A model generated the notes under the pieces. It was not told the origin of the DNA. It saw only the letters and a program-made list of their open reading frames with translations, and did no database searches. A program made the translations under genes and the position numbers. Below are positions 1-8,259 of a stretch of 18,259 nucleotides of DNA, piece after piece. The stretch is from an uncultured archaeon (GTDB lineage: Archaea > Asgardarchaeota > Heimdallarchaeia > Heimdallarchaeales > Kariarchaeaceae): contig CAZYCQ010000024.1 of the NCBI GenBank assembly GCA_964645535.1, forward strand, positions 1 through 18,259, written 5' to 3'. Each line of letters starts with the position of its first letter. Position 1 is the stretch's first letter.

Positions 1-948
1 ATGTTCATCGACACACATATCGATACACTTTGGGCCATGAAAAGAGAGGAACGAGAGTTCAGCACCCGTTCCGAAAAAGGCCATGTTGACCTACCTCGTG
101 CGCAGGAGGCGGATCTCCTCTGTGGCTTCTTCACAGGTTTTCCCACCGAAAGCCACCATGTCACCGAGAAAATGTTAAAGGAGTGGCTGGTCTGGACAAG
201 GAACCCAGAAAACAAGCTTGTCAGAATACGATCCATGAACGATCTTGAAAAACTTGAACAAAGAAGAAGATCGCAAAAAGAGAAGGAAAGGGAAATCGGC
301 GCGGTGCTCTGCCTTGAAGGAGCTGCAGGAATCGATTCCGAACTCAACCGCCTTGACATCTACTATGAAATTGGCTTAAGATCCATGGGGCTTACGTGGA
401 ATGAGGAAAACCAGTTCGCAACGGGACAGGCACAAGGAAACGGAAGAGGCCTGACCGCAGAGGGGAAAAATCTTGTTACAAGGATGGAGGAATTGGGGAT
501 CATTGTTGATGTCTCACATCTCAACGATACCAGTTTCTGGAATCTCATGGATATCGTCTCCAAACCTGTCATCGCCTCGCATTCCAATGTCAGGGAATTG
601 GCAGACCATCCCCGGAACCTGACCAAGGAAATGGTCGAAGCGGTTCAATCCACTGGAGGAACCATCGGAATCAACTTCTACAAGGCATTCCTGGAAACAG
701 ATCCCGAAAAGGCAGGAATCAACTCCATCATCAGGATGTTCGAAGCGGTAATTGACATAGCCGACACAAAGACAGTCCATGTAGGTGCAGATCTCGACGG
801 TTGCACACTGCCCCCTGACCTCAAGGACATTACAGACATCCCCAAGGTGTTGGACAGGGTGCAGGAGGAATTAAGCCTAACCAACCAGGACATGGAAAGA
901 ATACGAACAGGGAATATCAAACGGGTCATGACCAAGGTTTGGAAATAG
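1..948 (+). CDS. Membrane dipeptidase (peptidase M19 family, amidohydrolase fold)
   Basis: Motifs DTHID, LEGA, LTWN, DVSH, ASHSN, HPRN and GADLDG in the usual M19 order; 315 aa. Start is at the window edge. Confidence 0.92.
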   Translation: MFIDTHIDTLWAMKREEREFSTRSEKGHVDLPRAQEADLLCGFFTGFPTESHHVTEKMLKEWLVWTRNPENKLVRIRSMNDLEKLEQRRRSQKEKEREIGAVLCLEGAAGIDSELNRLDIYYEIGLRSMGLTWNEENQFATGQAQGNGRGLTAEGKNLVTRMEELGIIVDVSHLNDTSFWNLMDIVSKPVIASHSNVRELADHPRNLTKEMVEAVQSTGGTIGINFYKAFLETDPEKAGINSIIRMFEAVIDIADTKTVHVGADLDGCTLPPDLKDITDIPKVLDRVQEELSLTNQDMERIRTGNIKRVMTKVWK

Positions 949-971
949 GAAGCCTCCGACCCTTTTGGACA

Positions 972-1400
972 TCAGTCCACCTCCCATTTGTCAGACCCCA
1001 TCTCAAAAACCAGAACCTTGAAGAAATCCATCCCCTTCAAAGTTTCCAAGGACGTTATTATTGATTTCAGCTCCCGGCGAGTGCCGGTGAGTGTGATCAC
1101 CTCAAAGCAAAGCCCACCATGCAAATGCCGATGAAGAGATTCTTTGATCTTTGACATGTGTTTGTGCTGAATCTCCAAAAGCTGACTTCTGAGTGCAGGT
1201 GTGTCGACATAGGAAAAAATAAGGATGGTCTCTGTCGGTATGTCCTCCCTGATATGCTGCCCCTCCCGGTTTGAGACAAATTCCCGGAGTGCCAGCCGGA
1301 AGGCTTCCGACTTTGTGGAATACCCCTCTTCCGCCATTATGGCCTCAAAACGCCTTAATAAACCAGAATCCACTGAAAAGCTGATGATCGGCATGTTCAT
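972..1400 (-). CDS. nikR: NikR-family metal-responsive regulator (ribbon-helix-helix + ACT-like metal-binding domain)
   Basis: N-terminal RHH (IISFSVDSGLL...GYSTKSEAFRLALREF). C-terminal QH...SLHRHLHGGLCFEV matches the NikR His/His-x-His/Cys ligand set. Confidence 0.85.
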   Translation of the reverse strand: MNMPIISFSVDSGLLRRFEAIMAEEGYSTKSEAFRLALREFVSNREGQHIREDIPTETILIFSYVDTPALRSQLLEIQHKHMSKIKESLHRHLHGGLCFEVITLTGTRRELKSIITSLETLKGMDFFKVLVFEMGSDKWEVD

Positions 1401-1490
1401 TATTAAATGGCAGAAGGTCTTTATTAAAGCTTAATAAAAAATCAGGAAAATTTAATAGCACATTATTAAACCCTCGGCTACATATGTAGC
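1401..1490. promoter_or_regulatory. Divergent promoter/operator region between nikR and the CDF gene
   Basis: Inverted repeats TTTATTAA-agc-TTAATAAA (1420-1438) and TTTAATA-gcacat-TATTAAA (1451-1470), perfect palindrome GCTACATATGTAGC (1477-1490), and TATA-like boxes about 30 nt upstream of both starts. Confidence 0.6.
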
Positions 1491-1502
1491 ATAGAAACCC
1501 CC

Positions 1503-2441
1503 ATGAGTTCAATGTCCAACACACATCAGGATTCTGACCGCCACTCACATGATTCCATGAAAAACCTTCCATTGCAACGGCTTTGGATCGTGCTGATATT
1601 CACCACGACATTCATGTTTGTTGAGACAATAGCCGGCTACATATCGGGATCACTCGCCCTTCTCGCAGATGCAGGACACATGCTCAATGATGTGTTCTCA
1701 ATTTCACTGGCCATCGTGGGGATCTACATTGCCAGACAGAAAAGCACGGCAAAACAGACATTCGGATTCAAACGGGTTGAGGTTTTTTCTGCACTCCTCA
1801 ACGGCATCTCATTGCTTGCCATCAGCTATTTCATCATCCAAGAAGCGATTAAACGCCTTCACAGTCTTGAGACCCTTGAGATCATCGGCCCGGTCGTCAT
1901 GACCATTGCAGTCGTAGGACTCATCATCAACCTTGTTGCCATGAAACTCTTGGCATCTGCAAGCGAACAAAGCATCAATGTTGCAGGAGCATATCATCAC
2001 GTAATTGCAGACATGTTGGGTTCTGTTGCCGCCCTGATTGCCGGTGTGGGAATATACCTTTGGAATGCAACTTGGCTGGATCTCGCCGCCAGCTCGGTCG
2101 TAGCAGCCATGGTCGCAAATAGCGGGTTCACCATCACCAAAAAGGCACTATCAATTCTTCTTGAAAGCGCTCCAGAAGATAAGGAAGTCGATAAACTGCT
2201 TGATGAACTCAAAAAAATCGAAGGAGTCGTTGCAGTCCATGATTTCCATGCATGGAGAGTGACCGATGGCCTAGACATCCTGACTGCACACATATGTGTT
2301 GGAAGGAATGTCAACCAGGATCAGGTATTGCAGAAAAGCCTTGAAATCGCAAAGGACCATGGATTTGAACATTCCACCTTCCAATTGGAACTGGAAGAAT
2401 GCAATGGATCATATGATGATTGCGTCCCCCAAACGAATTGA
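1503..2441 (+). CDS. czcD: Cation diffusion facilitator (Co/Zn/Cd efflux, CzcD/ZitB-like)
   Basis: SLALLADAGHMLND (TM2 HxxxD), TFGFKRVE, AYHHVIADMLGS (TM5 HxxxD), VHDFHAW, HSTFQLE, His-containing N-terminus. Confidence 0.93.
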   Translation: MSSMSNTHQDSDRHSHDSMKNLPLQRLWIVLIFTTTFMFVETIAGYISGSLALLADAGHMLNDVFSISLAIVGIYIARQKSTAKQTFGFKRVEVFSALLNGISLLAISYFIIQEAIKRLHSLETLEIIGPVVMTIAVVGLIINLVAMKLLASASEQSINVAGAYHHVIADMLGSVAALIAGVGIYLWNATWLDLAASSVVAAMVANSGFTITKKALSILLESAPEDKEVDKLLDELKKIEGVVAVHDFHAWRVTDGLDILTAHICVGRNVNQDQVLQKSLEIAKDHGFEHSTFQLELEECNGSYDDCVPQTN

Positions 2442-2534
2442 AACCTAACACTTCCAACAACAGAACCATTAAAAATAGACCAACCACCCCCAACCAAGTC
2501 CTCAGATACATCATACATCCAGGATCAAGCTACA

Positions 2535-3284
2535 ATGGCAACCACTGGCACGAACATGAACAACACAATGACATCCATGGATGCAATCCTCTCTGACACT
2601 CTCAACAAAAATTCAGAACCCGTCCTAAAATTCAAGGATGATCCCAGAATACTCACGAGGGTTGCAATACTTACTGGATTGCCTATTGAATAGATACAAA
2701 AAGGGATAAGGCTTTCTGAAGCAAGGTTTTTCAAAAATGGGCTTAGCTCTCAAGACATAAAGTTCCTTCAGGACATACCCGAAGAGGTTAATGCACTATT
2801 TGTCGATCTGTTTAGAAAAAACCATACTTTTAATCAAAAAGGATACAAGGATATTGTAAGAATACTGGACAAACATTTGGTCACTAGATACCAAAATCCA
2901 TTTAGAATGGATAGGATAATGGAAAATGCAGACCCCGCCTATAGGGACCTCCAAATTAGGATACTCGCAACTTTCTTCACCCCGGCAGACATTTGGTTCG
3001 CTCCATCTGGGAGGGTGGGCGTAAAGGACATTATTAGAATTAGACACGATACTCCTATTGGAATTCACTTTGTGGATCCAGAGACATTGCCAATCGAGAA
3101 TCTCAACGACGAAGTCCAGTTTATTCAGGAAGTATTGCGAGGTATCATTGACTTTTTCCAAAAGATTGCTTCGAAACCAACAGATTCCCTCGTTAAAAAA
3201 CTCCTCGAGAAAATCGCGGACAATCCTAAGGCCAATGAACTCGTTGAATTACTTAAACAATGGTTGAAAAATATGAAACCATAG
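2535..3284 (+). pseudogene. Hypothetical protein interrupted by one in-frame TAG (2691-2693); includes ORF 2877-3284
   Basis: Manual translation: ATG 2535 gives 52 codons to TAG 2691. The same frame then stays open through 2877 to TAG 3282-3284. Confidence 0.55.
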
Positions 3285-3387
3285 ACGCGCAACTAACAAA
3301 ATACAAAAAAACTTCGAACCCGATTGGAATTTGTTGTTTCGACAACAACATCCAACAACCACCCCAAAAATGGGATAATTTCCGAAA

Positions 3388-3462
3388 GAGCCATTAGCTC
3401 AGCTTGGTTAGAGCGCACGGCTGATAACCGTGAGGTCGCCAGTTCGAATCTGGCATGGCTCA
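3388..3462 (+). tRNA. tRNA-Ile(GAT): tRNA-Ile (anticodon GAT), intronless, CCA not encoded
   Basis: Cloverleaf: acceptor GAGCCAT/ATGGCTC, D-stem GCTC/GAGC, anticodon stem CACGG/CCGTG with loop CTGATAA (GAT at 3423-3425), T-arm GCCAG-TTCGAAT-CTGGC, discriminator A. Confidence 0.98.
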
Positions 3463-3466
3463 TTTT
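3413..3466 (+). repeat. att-like direct repeat, copy 1 (3' part of tRNA-Ile)
   Basis: 54 bp identical to 6081-6134. Confidence 0.95.
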
Positions 3467-3474
3467 ATTTTTTT
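3463..3474 (+). terminator. Oligo-T tract after the tRNA (archaeal-type terminator)
   Basis: TTTTATTTTTTT directly follows the discriminator base. Confidence 0.5.
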
Positions 3475-3965
3475 CACCATGTTGTATTTGTTTTGGACTT
3501 TTTTTGTATTTTTTTGGAAATTTTCCAATTTGACTTTTCTTTCGGGATATTTTTCCTTGGAATTATTTTGTGAGAAGGTGGGCATGAATGGGGTGGTTTT
3601 GAGATCATGTTGTTGTTCTGTTCTATTTGTTTGTCATTTTTTTTGGTTTAGCAAATCAGGTTAGGAGTTGTGGTTCATGATGGCTACAAATTGTCAATTG
3701 TATTATTGCGTAGGGTATTGGAATTTTCTTTTTTAGTCAACCTAATGGTTTTCCATATCTTTAGAGCGTATGGTCAATACAAGTGATTTTGGTAGTTCGA
3801 TCCCATTTTGGGAGGTTCATCATTGGAAAATGTGTCAGGCATTGGAAAGGAGGATTGCACTTGGTCGATTGGAGTTTCATTTTTTTCAGCAGAGATTTGT
3901 TATATAGGGATGGGTTATCGGAGTAAGTCATGGGGAGTTATTCCGCAACCAGATGGTGTAGGCTT

Positions 3966-4544
3966 TCAGAGGTGATGTTTTATCTGGTTCATGAACTGGT
4001 CAAAGGAAACATTGTTTTTTCTGGCTTCTTGAATTTTGTAATGTTCGATGATTTCGGAGTAGAAAGCAATGTCGGGTTCTTTATGGCAGAGGTTATAGAA
4101 ATCTTGCTTTGAGAGGTTATCCGTAGTGAGACCTTTGCTTTTTTTGAATTTGAGTTTTTTTCTGGCGTTCATATCCAAACCTGCAAGGTACCAGCTTTCA
4201 ATTTCTATGACAGCAAATGCAATGGATTTTTGTATTTGATTTGGCTTGATGCCCATTTCTTTTGAGAATTGGTCGATCCGTTGTTTTTTTGTGTTTTTAT
4301 TCCATCCCCCATAGTTGTTGGCATCTGAATCGATGAGGACGATAAGGTCGATAAAACCCTTTCTTTTTGAATTGAGGGCACTTTTGATTTTTTGCGGAGC
4401 AGTTTTTCCCGATTTAGAGTTGGGTTTGAGTGGGATGACCGTTGTTTTGGTTTTTATTTCGGGAAGAATAATTTTTTCCATGAAGAGTTGATCAATGATA
4501 CCTTCGACATAGATTAGGAGTTGAATTCCAATCTCCCCCTTCAA
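3966..4544 (-). CDS. TOPRIM-like protein (DUF4276/DUF4435-like), putative nuclease effector
   Basis: LIYVEGIID (TOPRIM Glu motif), IVLIDSD (DxD), EIESWYL. The TTG start overlaps the ATPase stop (TTGA at 4541-4544). Confidence 0.7.
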   Translation of the reverse strand: MKGEIGIQLLIYVEGIIDQLFMEKIILPEIKTKTTVIPLKPNSKSGKTAPQKIKSALNSKRKGFIDLIVLIDSDANNYGGWNKNTKKQRIDQFSKEMGIKPNQIQKSIAFAVIEIESWYLAGLDMNARKKLKFKKSKGLTTDNLSKQDFYNLCHKEPDIAFYSEIIEHYKIQEARKNNVSFDQFMNQIKHHL

Positions 4545-5710
4545 AGTGTATTGTCAACCATCAGATCTGCAAGAGTAAAACCATCCTCGATAAATTGAAC
4601 AACCATTCGGTTGTTTGTGGGATGATGGACAGTTGTACTTCCACTTTCGTCCCTATCAACCAAGATCACATTTTCTGGAAAAGTGTTTTCAATAAGTTCG
4701 GGACTATGGGTAGTGATCAGGAACTGCTTATTTTCTTGTTCCTCATAGAGTATTGCCGTGATTTTTTTGAGGACTGAGGGATGGACAAAACGTTCGGGTT
4801 CTTCCAAAATAATGATGGAGGCATTTTGAAATTTGATGGCAACAATAATTCCAATGATGTTTAATGTTCCTTCAGAGAGAGCTGGTGCCGTCACAAAATA
4901 TTCCTTGCTGTATTTTTCCTTAACTGTGAGGATGTGAGAAGATCCGAGAATGTTTTGGGTGCCGATGTCTGTTATGTAACCCAAGACATAATTAAGATAA
5001 TGGAGAAACTTTTTCTTTTTTTTGTCATCATTCAGTATTGAGCGGATCACACTGGCCAAGTTAGATCCATCTTCCTCCAAAACAGTTGTGTGTTCAATAG
5101 GGGTGGCTTCCTTCATCCATTGGATGTTGAAATCAAAGATGGCGATATTTTCAATGGCCTGTCTAAATACAAGGAGCGTAGGGTCAAATGGAACTTGAAG
5201 AAAGGAAATATTTTTGGGAAGTTCCATGCCACGAATTTCCTTGTTTTGGTAACTGACTTTTCCTTGGCTATTACGATTGAACTCAAATTCTTTTTTTTTC
5301 GAGGAAGGATCAAAAAGTCGAAGCCTTTCCTTTGTTATCCTAACCTCTTTTTTGGTTTTGAGTGTTTGAAAATTGAGTTCATAATGGAATTCCATGCTCT
5401 TTTTTGGCATTCCCTTGATTGGGTAATTTGGGTTGAATGTTCCAAAAAGGGAGATGGAGGTCTTCTTTTTGTTCAAGAGAATATTTTGTATTCCTAAAGT
5501 TCCGCCATGTTGCATCACAGCAGGTTGGATTCCATCTTGGATTACGTCTTTCAAGAATCTAAAAATATCAACAAGATTTGATTTCCCACTTGCATTTCGA
5601 CCAATGAAAACGTTGATGTTATTCAAGTCCAAATGAAGTTCATCAATGCTTTTGTAATTAGATACTCTGATTGATTCTAGCACGAATGAACTAGGAGCAT
5701 TAATGCTCAT
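4541..5710 (-). CDS. ABC-class ATPase (AAA_15/AAA_21, COG4637/OLD-like)
   Basis: VSNYKSI, Walker A GRNASGKSN, EDGSNLA, signature LSEGT, Walker B IIILEEPE..HP, H-loop LITTHSP. Confidence 0.92.
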   Translation of the reverse strand: MSINAPSSFVLESIRVSNYKSIDELHLDLNNINVFIGRNASGKSNLVDIFRFLKDVIQDGIQPAVMQHGGTLGIQNILLNKKKTSISLFGTFNPNYPIKGMPKKSMEFHYELNFQTLKTKKEVRITKERLRLFDPSSKKKEFEFNRNSQGKVSYQNKEIRGMELPKNISFLQVPFDPTLLVFRQAIENIAIFDFNIQWMKEATPIEHTTVLEEDGSNLASVIRSILNDDKKKKKFLHYLNYVLGYITDIGTQNILGSSHILTVKEKYSKEYFVTAPALSEGTLNIIGIIVAIKFQNASIIILEEPERFVHPSVLKKITAILYEEQENKQFLITTHSPELIENTFPENVILVDRDESGSTTVHHPTNNRMVVQFIEDGFTLADLMVDNTL

Positions 5711-6080
5711 GGGTATTGGTTTATTTAGTTGTTTAAATACTTTAAGTCCCGTAATTCAAATAAATAACCACCATGAGCCGATTATATTGAGTGTCAGAAA
5801 TTCATTTTGAATGATTTTAGAGGGAAAAGTGTATCAATGGATTGAAAGGCCAATTTATCGAAAGTGGAAATCACGAAAGAAAATCATAAGGTTGTCGGTT
5901 TTCCTAATGTCTAAGTGGATGGAATTTATGATGAAAATCCGTATCCTATCCTCGATAGCAGGTTCTGTCAATCCAGAATTGTCGCTTCAACAGACCTTAT
6001 GTAGTGAGAAGCCGTTGAAATTTAAGTTTGACTGACAAAAAATCATGTTGGGGTTTACCAAGATCAAACGTTATCCTAAT

Positions 6081-6134
6081 GCGCACGGCTGATAACCGTG
6101 AGGTCGCCAGTTCGAATCTGGCATGGCTCATTTT
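6081..6134 (+). repeat. att-like direct repeat, copy 2 (tRNA-Ile 3' fragment lacking the 5' acceptor strand and D-loop)
   Basis: GCGCACGGCTGATAACCGTGAGGTCGCCAGTTCGAATCTGGCATGGCTCATTTT, identical to 3413-3466. Confidence 0.95.
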
Positions 6135-6559
6135 TCTGCACACGGTACGTTTTTTTGCGAAAACGCATTTTTCGGAAATTTTCCAACATTAGGTCATAGA
6201 CTTTTCAACCTTTTTTTGGGGAATTTTCGATTGAATAAGTGACATATCCCATGGAATTTTCCGGGTTGATTTGCATTTTGACTTCAGAGGTCTGTGCGAG
6301 GTTTGGCATTGTCAATTATAAGGACATGGGATTGAGGCCCTTGATCATCAAATGCTTGCCGTGGATCAACCAAATGTAAAAGGAGCAGGTCCAGACCGGC
6401 TGTCCGGTCTATTGCTAATTCTCGGGGATTTGTTGTGGAGAAAGAATGATTTTTCAAATGGTTCTTCTAAGTTCATATTTACGGCAGGAGTCAGGTCTCT
6501 TCTTCCTTTCATTATTCAGTTGAAAAAAAAATTTAACCGACAACGTTCCAGTTACATTT

Positions 6560-6814
6560 ATGAATGAAGGGAATCGTGAGATGAGGTCATCTGAGGGAAT
6601 TATTGATTTGCTCCGAAGGTTTACGCCAGGAGTTCGGGTTGAGGTGGCAAAGATTGCGGAGTTACTTGAAAGGGATCAGAAATGTGTTGTTGCTCATCTG
6701 GAGGAGATGCAGGAGTCCAAGATACTTCCTGAAACGTATTTGGAAGAGGTATTCATCCGGTCAGAAAGATCTTATCAATCAGGGGATGAACATGGCCATG
6801 CTTGCAGAGTATAG
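6560..6814 (+). CDS. Winged-helix-like ORF, probably the out-of-frame N-terminus of the LRR gene
   Basis: IIDLLRRFTPGVRVEVAKIAELLE...VVAHLEEM...EEVFIR has a wHTH/PCI-like pattern; it overlaps the LRR frame. Confidence 0.45.
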   Translation: MNEGNREMRSSEGIIDLLRRFTPGVRVEVAKIAELLERDQKCVVAHLEEMQESKILPETYLEEVFIRSERSYQSGDEHGHACRV

Positions 6815-7568
6815 AGGAGTGTCACTGGTTTTGGGAGATGCCGAAGTGCTCCTTGAGCTGGAAAAGCAGGTCGGGAGTATCCCTGTTGTTGAAAAGATTG
6901 AATGGAACACATTTGGTTTTGTGGCTGAAGACCATCGAGTGACAGGACTCGGTTTATGTGAAAGAGACCTTACAACCCTTCCAGAATGCATAGGCAAGCT
7001 GAGCAACCTCAAAAGGCTACGTTTGGACAAAAACCAGTTGACCGGACTTCCGAAGACGATCGGGGGTCTGACCAATCTGCAAGTGCTTGATGTGAGTGAC
7101 AACAGACTAAGTGAGCTGCCTGACTTGAGCAAGCAGACCAATCTACAAGAGTTGAATGCATGGAACAATGATCTGAGAGAACTGCCTGACTTGAGCAGCT
7201 TGACTAACCTACAAACGTTGGGTCTGATTGGAAACCAATTGAAAGGACTGCCTGATTTGAGCAAGCTGAGCAACTTGCAGAGGCTGGGTGTGAACAGCAA
7301 CCAGCTCATCCAGCTACCTGATTTGAGCAAGTTGACAAACCTGCAAGGGTTGAGTGTGAGCGACAACAGGTTGACCGAGCTACCTGACTTGAGTAACCTG
7401 AGCAATCTGCAAGGACTGTATGTGAGTGGCAACAGACTGAGTGAGCTGCCCGACTTGGGTGACCTGAGCAATCTGCAAGTGCTGGATGTAAGGGGCAATC
7501 CCCTGACCGAAGGGGCAAGAAGACAATTGAGAGAGCTTCAGGGACGAGGCGTATTGGTAAAATTCTAA
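6786..7568 (+). CDS. Leucine-rich repeat protein with Asgard-type cap
   Basis: Cap YRGVSL..DAEVLLELEKQVG.IP.VEKIEWNTFGFVAED.RVTGLGL, then about 8 LRRs of 22-23 aa (L.ELPDLS.LSNLQ.L.VS.N.). ATG 6786 is in frame with track ORF 6603-7568. Confidence 0.9.
   Translation: MNMAMLAEYRGVSLVLGDAEVLLELEKQVGSIPVVEKIEWNTFGFVAEDHRVTGLGLCERDLTTLPECIGKLSNLKRLRLDKNQLTGLPKTIGGLTNLQVLDVSDNRLSELPDLSKQTNLQELNAWNNDLRELPDLSSLTNLQTLGLIGNQLKGLPDLSKLSNLQRLGVNSNQLIQLPDLSKLTNLQGLSVSDNRLTELPDLSNLSNLQGLYVSGNRLSELPDLGDLSNLQVLDVRGNPLTEGARRQLRELQGRGVLVKF
6969..7506 (+). repeat. Tandem ~66-bp coding repeats (LRR units)
   Basis: For example 7068-7130 and 7398-7460 are highly similar at an offset of 330 = 5 x 66. Confidence 0.85.
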
Positions 7569-8259
7569 TCCGCACCTTCCCCGATCCAGAAATGTGTCCG
7601 AAACCCCAGAGATATGTACGCATTCTACAGACTACATTTCGGTAAAGATACCTCTATGGATTGTGTTTGGGAGCTTGAGTTGATTTTGTATGATTTCATT
7701 TTCCGAAGTGGTTTGTCATCTTTGTTTTTTTCTTTCAAAATATTGGATTATAGAGGCTGGTCGATAGTTGTATGGATTAGGGGAATGAACCATATTGTGA
7801 ATTGACTAGATGAATGGTTTTTTGGAGGTTGAATGGTTTGTTTTTTTGTGTTATGACCGATCCAATTTTTTTATGTATGTAGGTTAATTTGGCTGAAGTA
7901 AGAATTTGTTTCACAAATGGTTGTTGATAAAGTAATGTTTTTTTTTATATGTGTATTGTGTCAATTGAATTTTCGGATGTCTTTGAGGTTTAAGATGGTA
8001 AGGATGGTGACGGCAAGGATTTTTCTTTCGGCCAATTCATGACCCACGATCGTTGAATGGGCAGTCAAGCGCTCAGAAAGGAGGCAATTTCATGTTGGAA
8101 TTTCAGACACCTAAATTTCGTAATTTCTGTTTAATATAGTCAGCATCATATTCCAAACAAAAGTTGATTTGGATGGAATGTTGAAACGATTTAGCTTCGC
8201 AGATTTGTTTTATGATTTTTTCAAGAAGAAAGTTCTTGATGACTAAGGAGATGGAGGCG

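Larger units (their letters stand above)
3413..6134. mobile_element. About 2.7 kb genomic islet integrated at tRNA-Ile; no integrase visible
   Basis: Bounded by 54-bp direct repeats in the usual layout of intact tRNA followed by a 3' fragment; AT-rich cargo of ATPase + TOPRIM-like genes. Confidence 0.8.

Noticed and set aside
2439-2534. Selenocysteine readthrough of the czcD TGA (frame stays open)
   Set aside because: The CDF protein is already full length, A/C-rich DNA is naturally poor in stop codons, and no SECIS was identified.
5760-6060. Possible integrase remnant next to the right att copy (incl. ORF 5811-6035)
   Set aside because: No tyrosine-recombinase R...HxxR...Y motifs recognisable; a translated search would be needed.
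6055-6080. dif/Xer-like half site TTATCCTAAT before att copy 2
   Set aside because: No matching inverted arm at the 6-bp spacing.
6081-6130. Second functional or split tRNA gene
   Set aside because: It lacks the 5' acceptor strand and D-loop, no matching separate 5' half is visible, and an intact copy is adjacent. An att duplication explains it better.
6779-7498. 239-aa antisense ORF with periodic KSGS motifs
   Set aside because: Shadow of the repetitive LRR codons on the opposite strand.
6969-7506. CRISPR array or DGR template/variable repeat
   Set aside because: The repeats are in-frame 66-bp LRR units with no constant repeat/unique spacer pattern, and there is no reverse transcriptase in the window.
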